DNA of 64,000 nt from Escherichia phage MIZ4. Numbering within the stretch: position 1 is the first letter of the stretch; the number at the start of each line of letters is the position of its first letter. The notes beneath the pieces are model-generated. The model was not told the origin of the DNA. It ran no database searches and saw only the letters and a list, made by a program, of their open reading frames with translations. Positions 36,552 to 45,063 of the stretch are shown one piece after another. The DNA is taken from sequence record OR167180; one strand, given 5' to 3'. The position numbers and the translations under genes were made by a program.

Positions 36552-36686
36552 AATTCACCTCTTATAGATCAGGACGTTCGTCATTAATTTTACCAACCAA
36601 AACCCCATAGAGTTTATCAGGTTGGACTTTACGATTCTTATTGATTGTAGCACGGAATCGACGAGCCACGCTATCTTTATTTTTCA

Positions 36687-37172
36687 TTAGTTGATACCTA
36701 AGCCAATGAAAATAGGTTGGTCTTCTACATTACCCATCCCAACACTAAGTCGATTTACTTCTAAAAACTGCAATACGCTGTCAGTAAATCCGCGCATGGT
36801 AGTATCTAGGATAAAAATTGTTTTGTCAAGACTACGACCTCGCCATGTGATCGGATTCAGGAAAGTTCGGATCGACGTACAATCTACATTTGAAATATTT
36901 ACATTTTCACCGCGACCGCGATCTCGGATCGTTTTTGCATGTTCCCGCGTCGTTGAAACGATAAAGACACTATAGCCTTTTCTCGTATAATGGTCATATA
37001 ACTTGATTGTAGCGTCTGTATGCCCTGTCTGACGGCCTAAATTGATTGAGACAATGGAATCTAGGTCATCAGCAAAATTGCGTCGCTTACGACGTTCTAT
37101 GATGCCATTTACGGCAGAAATACACGCAGCATAAATCAAATCTTTACTTTCTAATTTTACATCAATATTCAT
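36687..37172 (-). CDS. hypothetical protein
   Basis: 161-aa ORF. Confidence 0.35.
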   Translation of the reverse strand: MNIDVKLESKDLIYAACISAVNGIIERRKRRNFADDLDSIVSINLGRQTGHTDATIKLYDHYTRKGYSVFIVSTTREHAKTIRDRGRGENVNISNVDCTSIRTFLNPITWRGRSLDKTIFILDTTMRGFTDSVLQFLEVNRLSVGMGNVEDQPIFIGLGIN

Positions 37173-37234
37173 GGTAAAGTCTCCAGTGAACGGGGAGAGA
37201 TCCTTAGATTGTCTCCCCGTTGATGGTTAATATT

Positions 37235-37624
37235 TTATTTTGGATCTGGGTATTTGCTGTGTGGTAGCTGAAAATGAACACCGTCTTTAAAACTAGTCCA
37301 ATCCCCACCCCATTCAACAGGAACACCCAATTCTCGACCAGCTTGTTTAAATGCATCCGCGATCATGCGGTAGTATTTCATGTTCCATGTATCCTTATCT
37401 TTCGGATACGCTACAACGTCAACCGCGAAACCGTGAAGATGACGAGATTTCATAGTCTTAGATTTACCTTCCGCAACATATTTCTTTTGCGTTTCTAGAC
37501 TACGTACACCTTCCGTAATACCAAAATCGACCGGAGTCAGTTCTAACGCACGATGAACGACTTTTACCAGGTCAGGATGCACACCAACAAGCCGATCTTT
37601 GCTTCTTTGAGATAATTTAAACAT
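37235..37624 (-). CDS. endolysin, peptidase M15 family
   Basis: zinc-ligand motifs SRHLHGFAVDV and DGVHFQL; occupies the position of T4 e. Confidence 0.7.
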   Translation of the reverse strand: MFKLSQRSKDRLVGVHPDLVKVVHRALELTPVDFGITEGVRSLETQKKYVAEGKSKTMKSRHLHGFAVDVVAYPKDKDTWNMKYYRMIADAFKQAGRELGVPVEWGGDWTSFKDGVHFQLPHSKYPDPK

Positions 37625-37652
37625 TATTCACCCCCTTTGTGAGTGATAATAT

Positions 37653-37844
37653 TTAGATTCCGGCGATCCTGCATAGATTTCTTGTATTAGCACCAATCAG
37701 GATCGCATTAACGACAACCATTCCCCAATCAACCCACTGATTATTATAAATGCTAAACCCGTTTGCAAGACCAAATACAAGCATTCCGGTCCACATACTC
37801 AGAGCAATAATCAACATCAAAGTAAAACCAAATGCAAATTTCAT
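37653..37844 (-). CDS. small membrane protein
   Basis: 63 aa, two hydrophobic helices. Confidence 0.35.
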   Translation of the reverse strand: MKFAFGFTLMLIIALSMWTGMLVFGLANGFSIYNNQWVDWGMVVVNAILIGANTRNLCRIAGI

Positions 37845-37845
37845 A

Positions 37846-38112
37846 TTATTTTCCTTTTCTCTGTTTACGTTTATAAAAGTAATACATTACCTCATCACGT
37901 CCGGTGATCCAACATGCTAGGGCGGTAAACAGGTTTACAATTCCCAACACACCTACTGACGCGGCGCTGTCAACAGACATAGGAACAGTAAAGGCCATAG
38001 ATAACATAGCAACGCCACAAATGACATTAAGCACCATTATAATAAGACCGAAGAAAACCATTGTCAATCCTCCGACACAAGAAAACCAACAATCACGCCA
38101 GTGATAAGACAT
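37846..38112 (-). CDS. small membrane protein
   Basis: 88 aa, hydrophobic helices, basic C-terminus. Confidence 0.35.
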   Translation of the reverse strand: MSYHWRDCWFSCVGGLTMVFFGLIIMVLNVICGVAMLSMAFTVPMSVDSAASVGVLGIVNLFTALACWITGRDEVMYYFYKRKQRKGK

Positions 38113-38255
38113 GATGCGCCGCTAATCAGACAACCCGCACCAAGTGATTCCCACCAGATCAGAGAAGCGACAACAACACAGAATCCCCATACTACCGCAA
38201 TCACAACATAGACAAGGGTCGCCCACAACATATATTTGTTCATAATAAATCCCAT
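38064..38255 (-). CDS. small membrane protein
   Basis: 63 aa, hydrophobic. Confidence 0.3.
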   Translation of the reverse strand: MGFIMNKYMLWATLVYVVIAVVWGFCVVVASLIWWESLGAGCLISGASCLITGVIVGFLVSED

Positions 38256-38428
38256 TCACCAAACAAATAAGAAAAAAGCCATATCAACAGAAACGAGGCA
38301 ATTGATCCGGCAAGCAAAATGATATTAGAGAATCCGCCGTCTATCCAGGCGACAAAACAGAATACGCCAGTATAGAAGCATAAACCAATTACAAAGCATA
38401 CTATAAGCAACCATAGACAAAACGCCAT
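38240..38428 (-). CDS. small membrane protein
   Basis: 62 aa, hydrophobic. Confidence 0.3.
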   Translation of the reverse strand: MAFCLWLLIVCFVIGLCFYTGVFCFVAWIDGGFSNIILLAGSIASFLLIWLFSYLFGEWDLL

Positions 38429-38650
38429 AGAAAGCCCTCCATCGAGATAAATTAGTGCGGGTAGGGGACTGCACTACCCGCTTTGTTAATCATCGCAGAG
38501 CTTCTTCTAGCGCGATCCCAAACCATCCACAAACAACTCCCATACAGACAGCTACAAGAAGATTCATTCTCTCTTTAGGGATCATTGCAATCATAACAAC
38601 AACCATACAGAAAGCCATTACCATTGAAGTTAACATTTGTTCAACCATTA

Positions 38651-38989
38651 TCACACCTTTAAAGTCATAGACGCATAAACATTAATGCCAGGCCAGTTAG
38701 GATCGCAATTATACTCAACATCCCACAAATAAAGCGGTTTAGATGTATCAGCCAAGTTTTTAAAATCTTCTACCCACATTTCAAGGCTATATGATGGATA
38801 AACTAGGCTATCATATCCGCCGTAACGTTGGCCTACTGGTCGGTCAGTAAAAACTACATCAAGATCCGGTAATTCTTTTTCAAGGATAACCGCCAGCGCA
38901 TAAATCAGACGGTCTTCCTTGTTACGCTGCCGTAGGACCGTTGTCAGTTGGTTTTTCTGGTTCACTAGCAAGCACCTCCACATTTTCAC
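38651..38989 (-). CDS. hypothetical protein
   Basis: 112-aa ORF. Confidence 0.3.
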   Translation of the reverse strand: MKMWRCLLVNQKNQLTTVLRQRNKEDRLIYALAVILEKELPDLDVVFTDRPVGQRYGGYDSLVYPSYSLEMWVEDFKNLADTSKPLYLWDVEYNCDPNWPGINVYASMTLKV

Positions 38990-39242
38990 AGAATGAAATT
39001 TTCACAGACACAATTTTACCATAAGTGAAGAATGAATATACATTATCGATATATTCAACGTCACCTACAATCACATCAAACTGCGGATCAGCAACCGCCG
39101 CAACATATTCTACCAGTTCATCAAGAGAATGCAACTTAATTTCATCAATTCGGCTGTATTTGGTTGCATCTTTGATTTTAAAACCACGTTCTTTCAGCTT
39201 ATCAATTAGAATTTCACGCGGAGTTTCAAACAGTTTGCTCAT
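38922..39242 (-). CDS. hypothetical protein
   Basis: 106-aa ORF. Confidence 0.3.
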   Translation of the reverse strand: MSKLFETPREILIDKLKERGFKIKDATKYSRIDEIKLHSLDELVEYVAAVADPQFDVIVGDVEYIDNVYSFFTYGKIVSVKISFCENVEVLASEPEKPTDNGPTAA

Positions 39243-39264
39243 AGTATAATCCTCACATAGTTAA

Positions 39265-39459
39265 TCAATGGTCAATAATCTTGCACATTATAACAGAAAG
39301 AACAAAGACCGCAACCCACATATAGATCCCAGCAATCAATGCAATTTCAATATCACAATATCCAAGATATACAACAGGAATAAAAACAAACATACAGACC
39401 AGCGCAAAGAAACTAGCAAAGGCGCTAGAAAATCCGATAGCAGTATTAGTAATATTCAT
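39265..39459 (-). CDS. small membrane protein
   Basis: 64 aa, hydrophobic. Confidence 0.3.
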   Translation of the reverse strand: MNITNTAIGFSSAFASFFALVCMFVFIPVVYLGYCDIEIALIAGIYMWVAVFVLSVIMCKIIDH

Positions 39460-39460
39460 A

Positions 39461-39643
39461 TTAACAATCCTCGCGGCTTAAGTCAACAGCAATTGCATAC
39501 AGCATAATGAATATGCTAGCCGATCCGAGAATCAATACACCCTCACATTTTGAAACTCGCTCATCAAAATGTAACATTATCCATCCGAGGATGTTAAAGG
39601 CGCAGACCGCGCCTATGTTCGCTAACCAATTAATCTTTTTCAT
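39461..39643 (-). CDS. small membrane protein
   Basis: 60 aa, hydrophobic. Confidence 0.3.
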   Translation of the reverse strand: MKKINWLANIGAVCAFNILGWIMLHFDERVSKCEGVLILGSASIFIMLYAIAVDLSREDC

Positions 39644-39651
39644 AATATACC

Positions 39652-39978
39652 TTAGAAAGAAACAGTTTTCAAGAAATCCAGATTTTTAGTACCGAAAACA
39701 GAAAAGTAGTGTTTTCCTTTTTCGGTTTTAGAGAAAGCGATTGTCTTCTCTACATGGTGACGGAAGCCAGACAGACGATCACCCAGGTCAAGGCGGCAAG
39801 CGTAAGTAGTGCCGTTTTCGAAAGTAACCTCGATTTGAGTTTTGTCATATTCGCTTTCATAGGCTTTTGCTGCCGCTTCCAGTGCTTTACGCTCGAAGTC
39901 TTCGAAGTGGAATACTTCGTTTGCGTTAGCGAATACAGAAGATTCAGAGAAGATAACTTTAACAGATACTGGTTTCAT
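39652..39978 (-). CDS. hypothetical protein
   Basis: 108-aa ORF starting at the cassette RBS. Confidence 0.35.
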   Translation of the reverse strand: MKPVSVKVIFSESSVFANANEVFHFEDFERKALEAAAKAYESEYDKTQIEVTFENGTTYACRLDLGDRLSGFRHHVEKTIAFSKTEKGKHYFSVFGTKNLDFLKTVSF

Positions 39979-40019
39979 TTTGATACTCCTTAGTAGTTCG
40001 TGTTTCGTTTCGATGGGTG

Positions 40020-40049
40020 TATTATGCTATACACCCTCTCGCGTGTCAA
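40020..40049 (-). promoter_or_regulatory. early promoter cassette, TTGACA-18-ATAATA
   Basis: minus strand TTGACA CGCGAGAGGGTGTATAGC ATAATA then leader CACCCATCGAAACGAAACAC. Confidence 0.5.
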
Positions 40050-40057
40050 CAACTTTT

Positions 40058-40246
40058 TTAGTATTTTTTCATAATTTCTAGAGCAGTTTCTACAGCACCT
40101 TTCCAACCTTCCCACATAATGGACATAGTAAGGAAGTTAAAGCACCCGCAGGAATCAACCTTTTTAGAGATAAACCATTCTACAAACGCTTCGCTCATAC
40201 CATGCTCTTTAGCGGATTCGCGTAATTGTTCAATTTGGTCTTCCAT
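40058..40246 (-). CDS. hypothetical protein
   Basis: 62-aa ORF. Confidence 0.3.
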   Translation of the reverse strand: MEDQIEQLRESAKEHGMSEAFVEWFISKKVDSCGCFNFLTMSIMWEGWKGAVETALEIMKKY

Positions 40247-40255
40247 AGTATCACC

Positions 40256-40444
40256 TCAGCATTTAACATTATTCAAACGATTTTGAAAGTACACATAGCA
40301 AGCATAATTTTGCTTTGGCTGTACTGTATCAGATAAACATGCTTTTACAGCCTCGCGGTCCGATGGGTCTACACCCTCAGCTTTAAGTAATGCTAAAATC
40401 TGGTTATAGCGTACTCTTAGTTGCACTAATGGTTTCTCCCCCAT
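40256..40444 (-). CDS. hypothetical protein
   Basis: 62-aa ORF. Confidence 0.3.
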   Translation of the reverse strand: MGEKPLVQLRVRYNQILALLKAEGVDPSDREAVKACLSDTVQPKQNYACYVYFQNRLNNVKC

Positions 40445-40454
40445 ATTACCCCCC

Positions 40455-40676
40455 TTATAGTTGGTCAGCGATGTAAGCGTGACAAGCGCGGAGTTTCATT
40501 AATGCACTACCTTTCACTTCGCCTACGATGTTCATAACTTCTAAGCGGTCGGATGGATTCATCTTAGAGCACCAGATCTGGTTAGCCAATTCCAGTTTAC
40601 TCATATTTGGTTCCATCTCAAACAGTTCACGCTCAAAGTCGATAATTTCTTTTGCTGCGTCTTTAAAGTTAATCAT
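40455..40676 (-). CDS. hypothetical protein
   Basis: 73-aa ORF starting at the cassette RBS. Confidence 0.3.
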   Translation of the reverse strand: MINFKDAAKEIIDFERELFEMEPNMSKLELANQIWCSKMNPSDRLEVMNIVGEVKGSALMKLRACHAYIADQL

Positions 40677-40705
40677 TTTGATTCTCCCGTTTCGTTGATG
40701 GTTGT

Positions 40706-40734
40706 ATTGTAGGGGAGTTATCCTCCCCTGTCAA
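40706..40734 (-). promoter_or_regulatory. early promoter cassette, TTGACA-17-TACAAT, spacer palindrome GGGGAGGATAACTCCCC
   Basis: minus strand TTGACA GGGGAGGATAACTCCCC TACAAT. Confidence 0.5.
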
Positions 40735-40742
40735 CACTTTTA

Positions 40743-40928
40743 TCAGAAATATGCAATATAGTTTGCCAGTCCTACAGAGTCATCATTCGGCATTGCTTTT
40801 ACTGCCAGTTCAAACCCTGCTTCAACTTTCTGTTTAGCGGATTCTTCGTTATAACCCCAGATTACCAGAATAGCTACTACGTTTTCTTTGCTTACTGCTT
40901 TCAGTGCTTTAGTGATGCGACGTGCCAT
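40743..40928 (-). CDS. hypothetical protein
   Basis: 61-aa ORF starting at the cassette RBS. Confidence 0.3.
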   Translation of the reverse strand: MARRITKALKAVSKENVVAILVIWGYNEESAKQKVEAGFELAVKAMPNDDSVGLANYIAYF

Positions 40929-40973
40929 AATTTGATTCTCCGTTTAAGAAAGTGTGTTTCGTTTCGATGGGTG

Positions 40974-41003
40974 TATTATGCTATAGGCCGGATCTGGTGT
41001 CAA
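40974..41003 (-). promoter_or_regulatory. early promoter cassette, TTGACA-18-ATAATA
   Basis: minus strand TTGACA CCAGATCCGGCCTATAGC ATAATA then leader CACCCATCGAAACGAAACAC. Confidence 0.5.
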
Positions 41004-41036
41004 CAACTTTTTTAAAAAAATTTTAGGCAATAAAAA

Positions 41037-41056
41037 AGCCACTCCGAAGAGTGGCT
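41037..41056 (-). terminator. rho-independent terminator
   Basis: AGCCACTC TTCG GAGTGGCT then TTTTTTATT on the minus strand. Confidence 0.55.
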
Positions 41057-41204
41057 TATAGGGAAGGTAGCGAATCTTCCTTGTCTCCAACCTGCTAGCG
41101 GCCTAGCAAGTGAATGCTTTAGCGTACCGGGTCGCCCATACGCTGTAATAAATGCGGCTAGGTGACGTCCAAATCATTCTAACCGCGCTGTCTTTAGTTC
41201 ACTA

Positions 41205-41423
41205 TTATTTATATCGCTTTCTCTCGCGACGTTTTTGATCTTCTTCCTTGATAGAGTTAAATGCATCAAAAAGACACATGACACTAATAATAAACATAAC
41301 CGTATTTTCTACGATATCCCACGGCTTCGCATCAGTACAGATCCCCCAAACGGTAAGAAATGCAAATAGTGCAGAAGAGATCACAAGCATGATACTTGCT
41401 AAGATATAAAAAGTCATTTTCAT
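41205..41423 (-). CDS. small membrane protein
   Basis: 72 aa, hydrophobic N-terminus, basic C-terminus. Confidence 0.3.
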   Translation of the reverse strand: MKMTFYILASIMLVISSALFAFLTVWGICTDAKPWDIVENTVMFIISVMCLFDAFNSIKEEDQKRRERKRYK

Positions 41424-41614
41424 GGTTTTACCTCAATTCTTCGATATTCATCACACATCCACACAGTAAGCAAGAATCCCAACACATAAGCAACAAAATA
41501 CGTTAATACTTCTTCTGGTTCGGTGCTATGCGCCATCATCAGACCAGCGAGAAAGGTCTTAACAATTACATTTAAAATAATTAGCCACGCAAATAATTTC
41601 ATCGTTTGCCCCAT
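41420..41614 (-). CDS. small membrane protein
   Basis: 64 aa, hydrophobic. Confidence 0.3.
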   Translation of the reverse strand: MGQTMKLFAWLIILNVIVKTFLAGLMMAHSTEPEEVLTYFVAYVLGFLLTVWMCDEYRRIEVKP

Positions 41615-41838
41615 TTCGGTCGAGTCTTTTCAAACTTATACATTCCGTAACAATCTCGAATCATCCACGTAACAAGAGCACCAGTCAACACCGACAATAC
41701 ACAGAAGAAGTAAAACGGTCCGGTTGCATTATCAACATGAGCAAGCCAGGTAAAGAAAACACATGCTAAGAATGTAAAGAACATCATAAAGCACAAGAAA
41801 GCGAAATATTTTATACTACTCATAGCGCCACCATACAA
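41599..41838 (-). CDS. small membrane protein
   Basis: 79 aa, hydrophobic. Confidence 0.3.
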   Translation of the reverse strand: MYGGAMSSIKYFAFLCFMMFFTFLACVFFTWLAHVDNATGPFYFFCVLSVLTGALVTWMIRDCYGMYKFEKTRPKWGKR

Positions 41839-41926
41839 CAGATCATAAGAAACCCCAACGCAATAAGAATTGCATCAAATTTAGTGAACTCCGGTCCACC
41901 TATCAACATCATTCGTTCCTGTTCAT

Positions 41927-42124
41927 TCATAGATCACAGAGCCATCTTAAAGCACCACATAAAGCGAGCAGAATACTAGGTATAAACGAGACTAAAACAA
42001 GTTTACAAAAATCATCTAAGGTAACACCGGAATAGCTACCTACTGTAACAACACCGATCATCAGACACAGAAAGAAAACAAATGCAATCAGAAACAAAGT
42101 ATTGCTAAACAGTTTAGTGATCAT
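41927..42124 (-). CDS. small membrane protein
   Basis: 65 aa, hydrophobic. Confidence 0.3.
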   Translation of the reverse strand: MITKLFSNTLFLIAFVFFLCLMIGVVTVGSYSGVTLDDFCKLVLVSFIPSILLALCGALRWLCDL

Positions 42125-42329
42125 TAGACACCCCCACGACGATCAATTTCAAAAACTTTTTTTACCATCAACGAAGCATGTCACAACTGCCTCGTTGACT
42201 TCCGCAAATTGTTGTGTTACCCACTTAAGGTCAGATCGAAACAATGTTCTATTAATAACAAATGTTTTACCGCTCTTATCCTTACCCATAAATTTTGCTT
42301 TAACCATATCCAATTCCATATTATCACCT

Positions 42330-42488
42330 TATTTGCTAATCGCTAAACCTAATCCGAAGAGAGCACCCGAGGCTACAGTATACCCGAAAGTTTCAAAGGC
42401 AGTAAAGACATCTAAGCCACCAGCTAACAGAGTTGCAGTAAACAGAGTACCAGCTACGAACATAAAAGTTTTACCGATAAATTTCATT
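42330..42488 (-). CDS. small membrane protein (not in ORF track)
   Basis: hand translation MKFIGKTFMFVAGTLFTATLLAGGLDVFTAFETFGYTVASGALFGLGLAISK, immediately downstream of cassette 42519-42547 with the canonical AGGAGAATCAAA RBS. Confidence 0.4.
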
Positions 42489-42518
42489 TTGATTCTCCTT
42501 TCGTTTGTTTGTGGGGGT

Positions 42519-42547
42519 ATCTTACTACCCCCGTTTCATGTTGTCAA
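42519..42547 (-). promoter_or_regulatory. early promoter cassette, TTGACA-17-TAAGAT, palindrome GGGGGTAG..CTACCCCC
   Basis: minus strand TTGACA ACATGAAACGGGGGTAG TAAGAT ACCCCC. Confidence 0.5.
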
Positions 42548-42553
42548 CTATTT

Positions 42554-42931
42554 TTAAGAATATTTTACTTCGTCTACAATGTCTTTCATGACATTGATTT
42601 CCATTCCGGTCAGAACACGTTGGAACATGTGCTGCACATACGCTTTCAGGTATTCATTTGATGGCTTACTATCGAAAGTCTTTTTAGTGTAGTAGTCATC
42701 ACCGAAAGCTACTGTAATTACATTTTCGTCGTCGTTCCAAGCGATATAAGCAAATTTGCCGTTATCCCAGAAGCGAGCACTAATTGCTACTTTTGTTGAA
42801 TCGAATCCTACTTCGCTGTGAGATTCAAGAACTACTTGCGTACCAGTTTCTTTATGAATGTAGTAGCGGGATACTAAGTCAAAGTTACGGGTGTAGTGAC
42901 ATTCGAATTTATCTTTAAACATCATCATCAT
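42554..42931 (-). CDS. hypothetical protein
   Basis: start set at the ATG run after the cassette RBS; the ORF-track extension runs through the promoter. Confidence 0.35.
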   Translation of the reverse strand: MMMMFKDKFECHYTRNFDLVSRYYIHKETGTQVVLESHSEVGFDSTKVAISARFWDNGKFAYIAWNDDENVITVAFGDDYYTKKTFDSKPSNEYLKAYVQHMFQRVLTGMEINVMKDIVDEVKYS

Positions 42932-42967
42932 TTTGATTCTCCTAAGTGTGTTTCGTTTCGATATGTG

Positions 42968-42997
42968 CATTATGCTATAGTCGTTTATGGTTGTCAA
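42968..42997 (-). promoter_or_regulatory. early promoter cassette, TTGACA-18-ATAATG
   Basis: minus strand TTGACA ACCATAAACGACTATAGC ATAATG then leader CACATATCGAAACGAAACAC; directly after terminator 43015-43033. Confidence 0.5.
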
Positions 42998-43014
42998 CAC
43001 CTAAAAACAAAAAA

Positions 43015-43033
43015 CCCCGAAAAATTTTCGGGG
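43015..43033 (-). terminator. rho-independent terminator
   Basis: CCCCGAAAA/TTTTCGGGG hairpin followed by a T-run on the minus strand. Confidence 0.55.
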
Positions 43034-43040
43034 TATAAAA

Positions 43041-43511
43041 TTACAGTTTGGTCGTCCACTCCAGGTCTAGATCTTCGACATACTCATGAGATCGGACAAT
43101 CTCTAAATCGAACTCTAGGTCAGTGCCAAATTTACGCGCACCAACATCATAAGAAAGCGTGATATGCGGTACATATTCAGGATAATCCCACGTCGCACCT
43201 AAAGCAGTGCCGATATCGTGTCTGAATTGCATGTAGTCGCTTTCAAATGCCAGCACAAGCGCATTAGTACTGGATTGAGTTTCAAACACTTTCAGATGGC
43301 ATAGAGAGCCTAAGAACTTCTCCCCTTCTTCTGGGATAAACGGAACATAGACACGAGAATATAAGATAGTGCTATGCAGTTTATCACGAGGAACGGCATT
43401 AGGCAGATCGTAGAACTCCTGCAATTTTTCAATGCGGTCTAGTGTATCCTCAGTGAATTTAACCGCAGCATATGTACCTTTAACGGATTCTCGAAACGGG
43501 GTCATAATCAA
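43041..43511 (-). CDS. 57B: 2H-phosphoesterase-fold protein, T4 57B/Acb1-like (candidate anti-CBASS cyclic-nucleotide phosphodiesterase)
   Basis: two H-x-T-x motifs (KLHSTILY and VPHITLSY) in a 156-aa protein immediately before 57A, as T4 57B. Confidence 0.65.
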   Translation of the reverse strand: MIMTPFRESVKGTYAAVKFTEDTLDRIEKLQEFYDLPNAVPRDKLHSTILYSRVYVPFIPEEGEKFLGSLCHLKVFETQSSTNALVLAFESDYMQFRHDIGTALGATWDYPEYVPHITLSYDVGARKFGTDLEFDLEIVRSHEYVEDLDLEWTTKL

Positions 43512-43774
43512 GCCTCCGTGATCAGTTCTACTTCCTCTTCTGCTTCTTCTGCGGCTTCGTCTTTAGGGAGAAGTGCTTTCACTTCTTCGACGATAGCATC
43601 AAGGGAAACAGTCCCGTTTTCGTCTGGCTGAATACCCAGAATGCGTACCAGTTCCATCAATACACGCTCACGATCTTTCAGTTGGCCTTCTAAGAATGCG
43701 GCCTTTTCTTGAGTGTCAAACAGACGTACTTTCAGGACATTAATCATTTGTTCATGCTGATTGGACATATTCAC
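43508..43774 (-). CDS. 57A: tail-fibre assembly chaperone gp57A
   Basis: 88 aa, coiled coil with acidic C-terminus; LKVRLFDTQEKAA resembles T4 LKSRILDTQDQAA; synteny. Confidence 0.7.
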   Translation of the reverse strand: MNMSNQHEQMINVLKVRLFDTQEKAAFLEGQLKDRERVLMELVRILGIQPDENGTVSLDAIVEEVKALLPKDEAAEEAEEEVELITEA

Positions 43775-43800
43775 ATCTCCTACTTGTTGATAACTTTTTA

Positions 43801-44457
43801 TTAAATGTTCGCGAGAATCGCGCTTTCAAATTCTTCTAATGTACCATTATTTATGATAATGGTTTCACCGTCAATAGGCAAAATTCCTTTTTCGGTGGAG
43901 TGAGTCGATACAATACCAGTATCACGCTGAATATGCAACACCTTAGCACCCATAGCACGCACGAGAGCAATTTCAATAGGCTGACGCACATCAACCACTA
44001 CAAAATAACCTTCTTCATTTTTGCGCTTCATAAACTCATTCACGAAGAGATTACACCAATAAAGCGGATTGATCAAGTTAACCATTATATCAGTACCGAG
44101 AGTGGTTAACATGAGACGAATAGACCAGACGTTATTATGTTTTTCGCCGATCTCATTAACGACCTTGTAAATCTCAGCCAGACAATCACAAGTAAAGGAA
44201 CTACCGCCATACTTCGAATCTAGCATAAGCAGACACTGAATAAACCACTTATGCGCGGTATAGGTATCAATACCTAGATCGGCTTCTCTGTCACGCCCTA
44301 ACCCGTCAAAGTCAAGATAAGTCAGACCTAAGTCTGGTTGACATTCGCATAAGATTTCTTTGATCGGTGCTGCCAGTTGATAACTGTGTCCATCAATGAT
44401 TAACGCGGCAGTGTCTTTTCCTACTCGCTTTTTACCACAAAGTGCAATCAATTTCAT
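43801..44457 (-). CDS. 1: deoxynucleoside monophosphate kinase gp1
   Basis: MKLIALCGKKRVGKDT P-loop, LGTD, YW..LF, RAMGA.V.H match T4 gp1. Confidence 0.85.
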   Translation of the reverse strand: MKLIALCGKKRVGKDTAALIIDGHSYQLAAPIKEILCECQPDLGLTYLDFDGLGRDREADLGIDTYTAHKWFIQCLLMLDSKYGGSSFTCDCLAEIYKVVNEIGEKHNNVWSIRLMLTTLGTDIMVNLINPLYWCNLFVNEFMKRKNEEGYFVVVDVRQPIEIALVRAMGAKVLHIQRDTGIVSTHSTEKGILPIDGETIIINNGTLEEFESAILANI

Positions 44458-44472
44458 TATATAAGCCTCTTA

Positions 44473-45063
44473 TTACTTTCTAAAAGCAGGGTGCATAGCT
44501 TTAATACCTTCCACCCGCTGACGATCCGCCGCCTGAATTGCTGGGCGAGGAACGATCAGTTGACCATCACGTTCAATGCTCATTGTCTTAAATGGAAGAA
44601 TTGCAGTACACACCAGAGATTCATGCATATCATCGGTGTATGTTAACTCAAGTTCCCCCAATTGTGAACACCAACAACCATAAAAGTTAAAAGTGCACAC
44701 AATGTTACGTCGTTCATTGTCCATCATATGAACTTGAACGGCTTCCGGCATTGAATCCTTCCACGCTGTGGAGTTACCGTTATTATAGTCTACTATAGAA
44801 AGCATCCATGTGTAAAGGTTTAGATAGCTTTCCAAATGCTCATCGACAATAAACCGGACTACCAACGGGTCAAACTCCACATGACTAGACGGATAATCAG
44901 CGACCGCCAAACCATATTGACCAGCAACTTGCTTAGTCGGTGGAATGGTTATAGCCGGAAGTGTAACACCTTGACAGTTTAAAGTAAAGCCTTTTGTTAG
45001 TTGACCATCTGGAATGGCAATCTGCCAGTTGCTAGGGTTAGCATAGTTAAAGAGATTAGACAT
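44473..45063 (-). CDS. 3: probable tail completion / sheath stabiliser protein gp3
   Basis: assigned by position between 1 and 2 and by size; sequence identity not independently verified. Confidence 0.5.
   Translation of the reverse strand: MSNLFNYANPSNWQIAIPDGQLTKGFTLNCQGVTLPAITIPPTKQVAGQYGLAVADYPSSHVEFDPLVVRFIVDEHLESYLNLYTWMLSIVDYNNGNSTAWKDSMPEAVQVHMMDNERRNIVCTFNFYGCWCSQLGELELTYTDDMHESLVCTAILPFKTMSIERDGQLIVPRPAIQAADRQRVEGIKAMHPAFRK

Noticed and set aside
37600-43000. tRNA gene cluster, as found between e and 57B in T4
   Set aside because: Intergenic stretches were scanned by eye for acceptor stems and a GTTCGAATC-type T-loop and none was found. Only low-confidence non-coding candidates are reported.
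8103-43033. Repeated GC-rich palindromes as a possible CRISPR array
   Set aside because: Copies are kilobases apart, not regularly spaced, and embedded in promoter architecture (-35/-10 hexamers). There are no repeat-spacer units.
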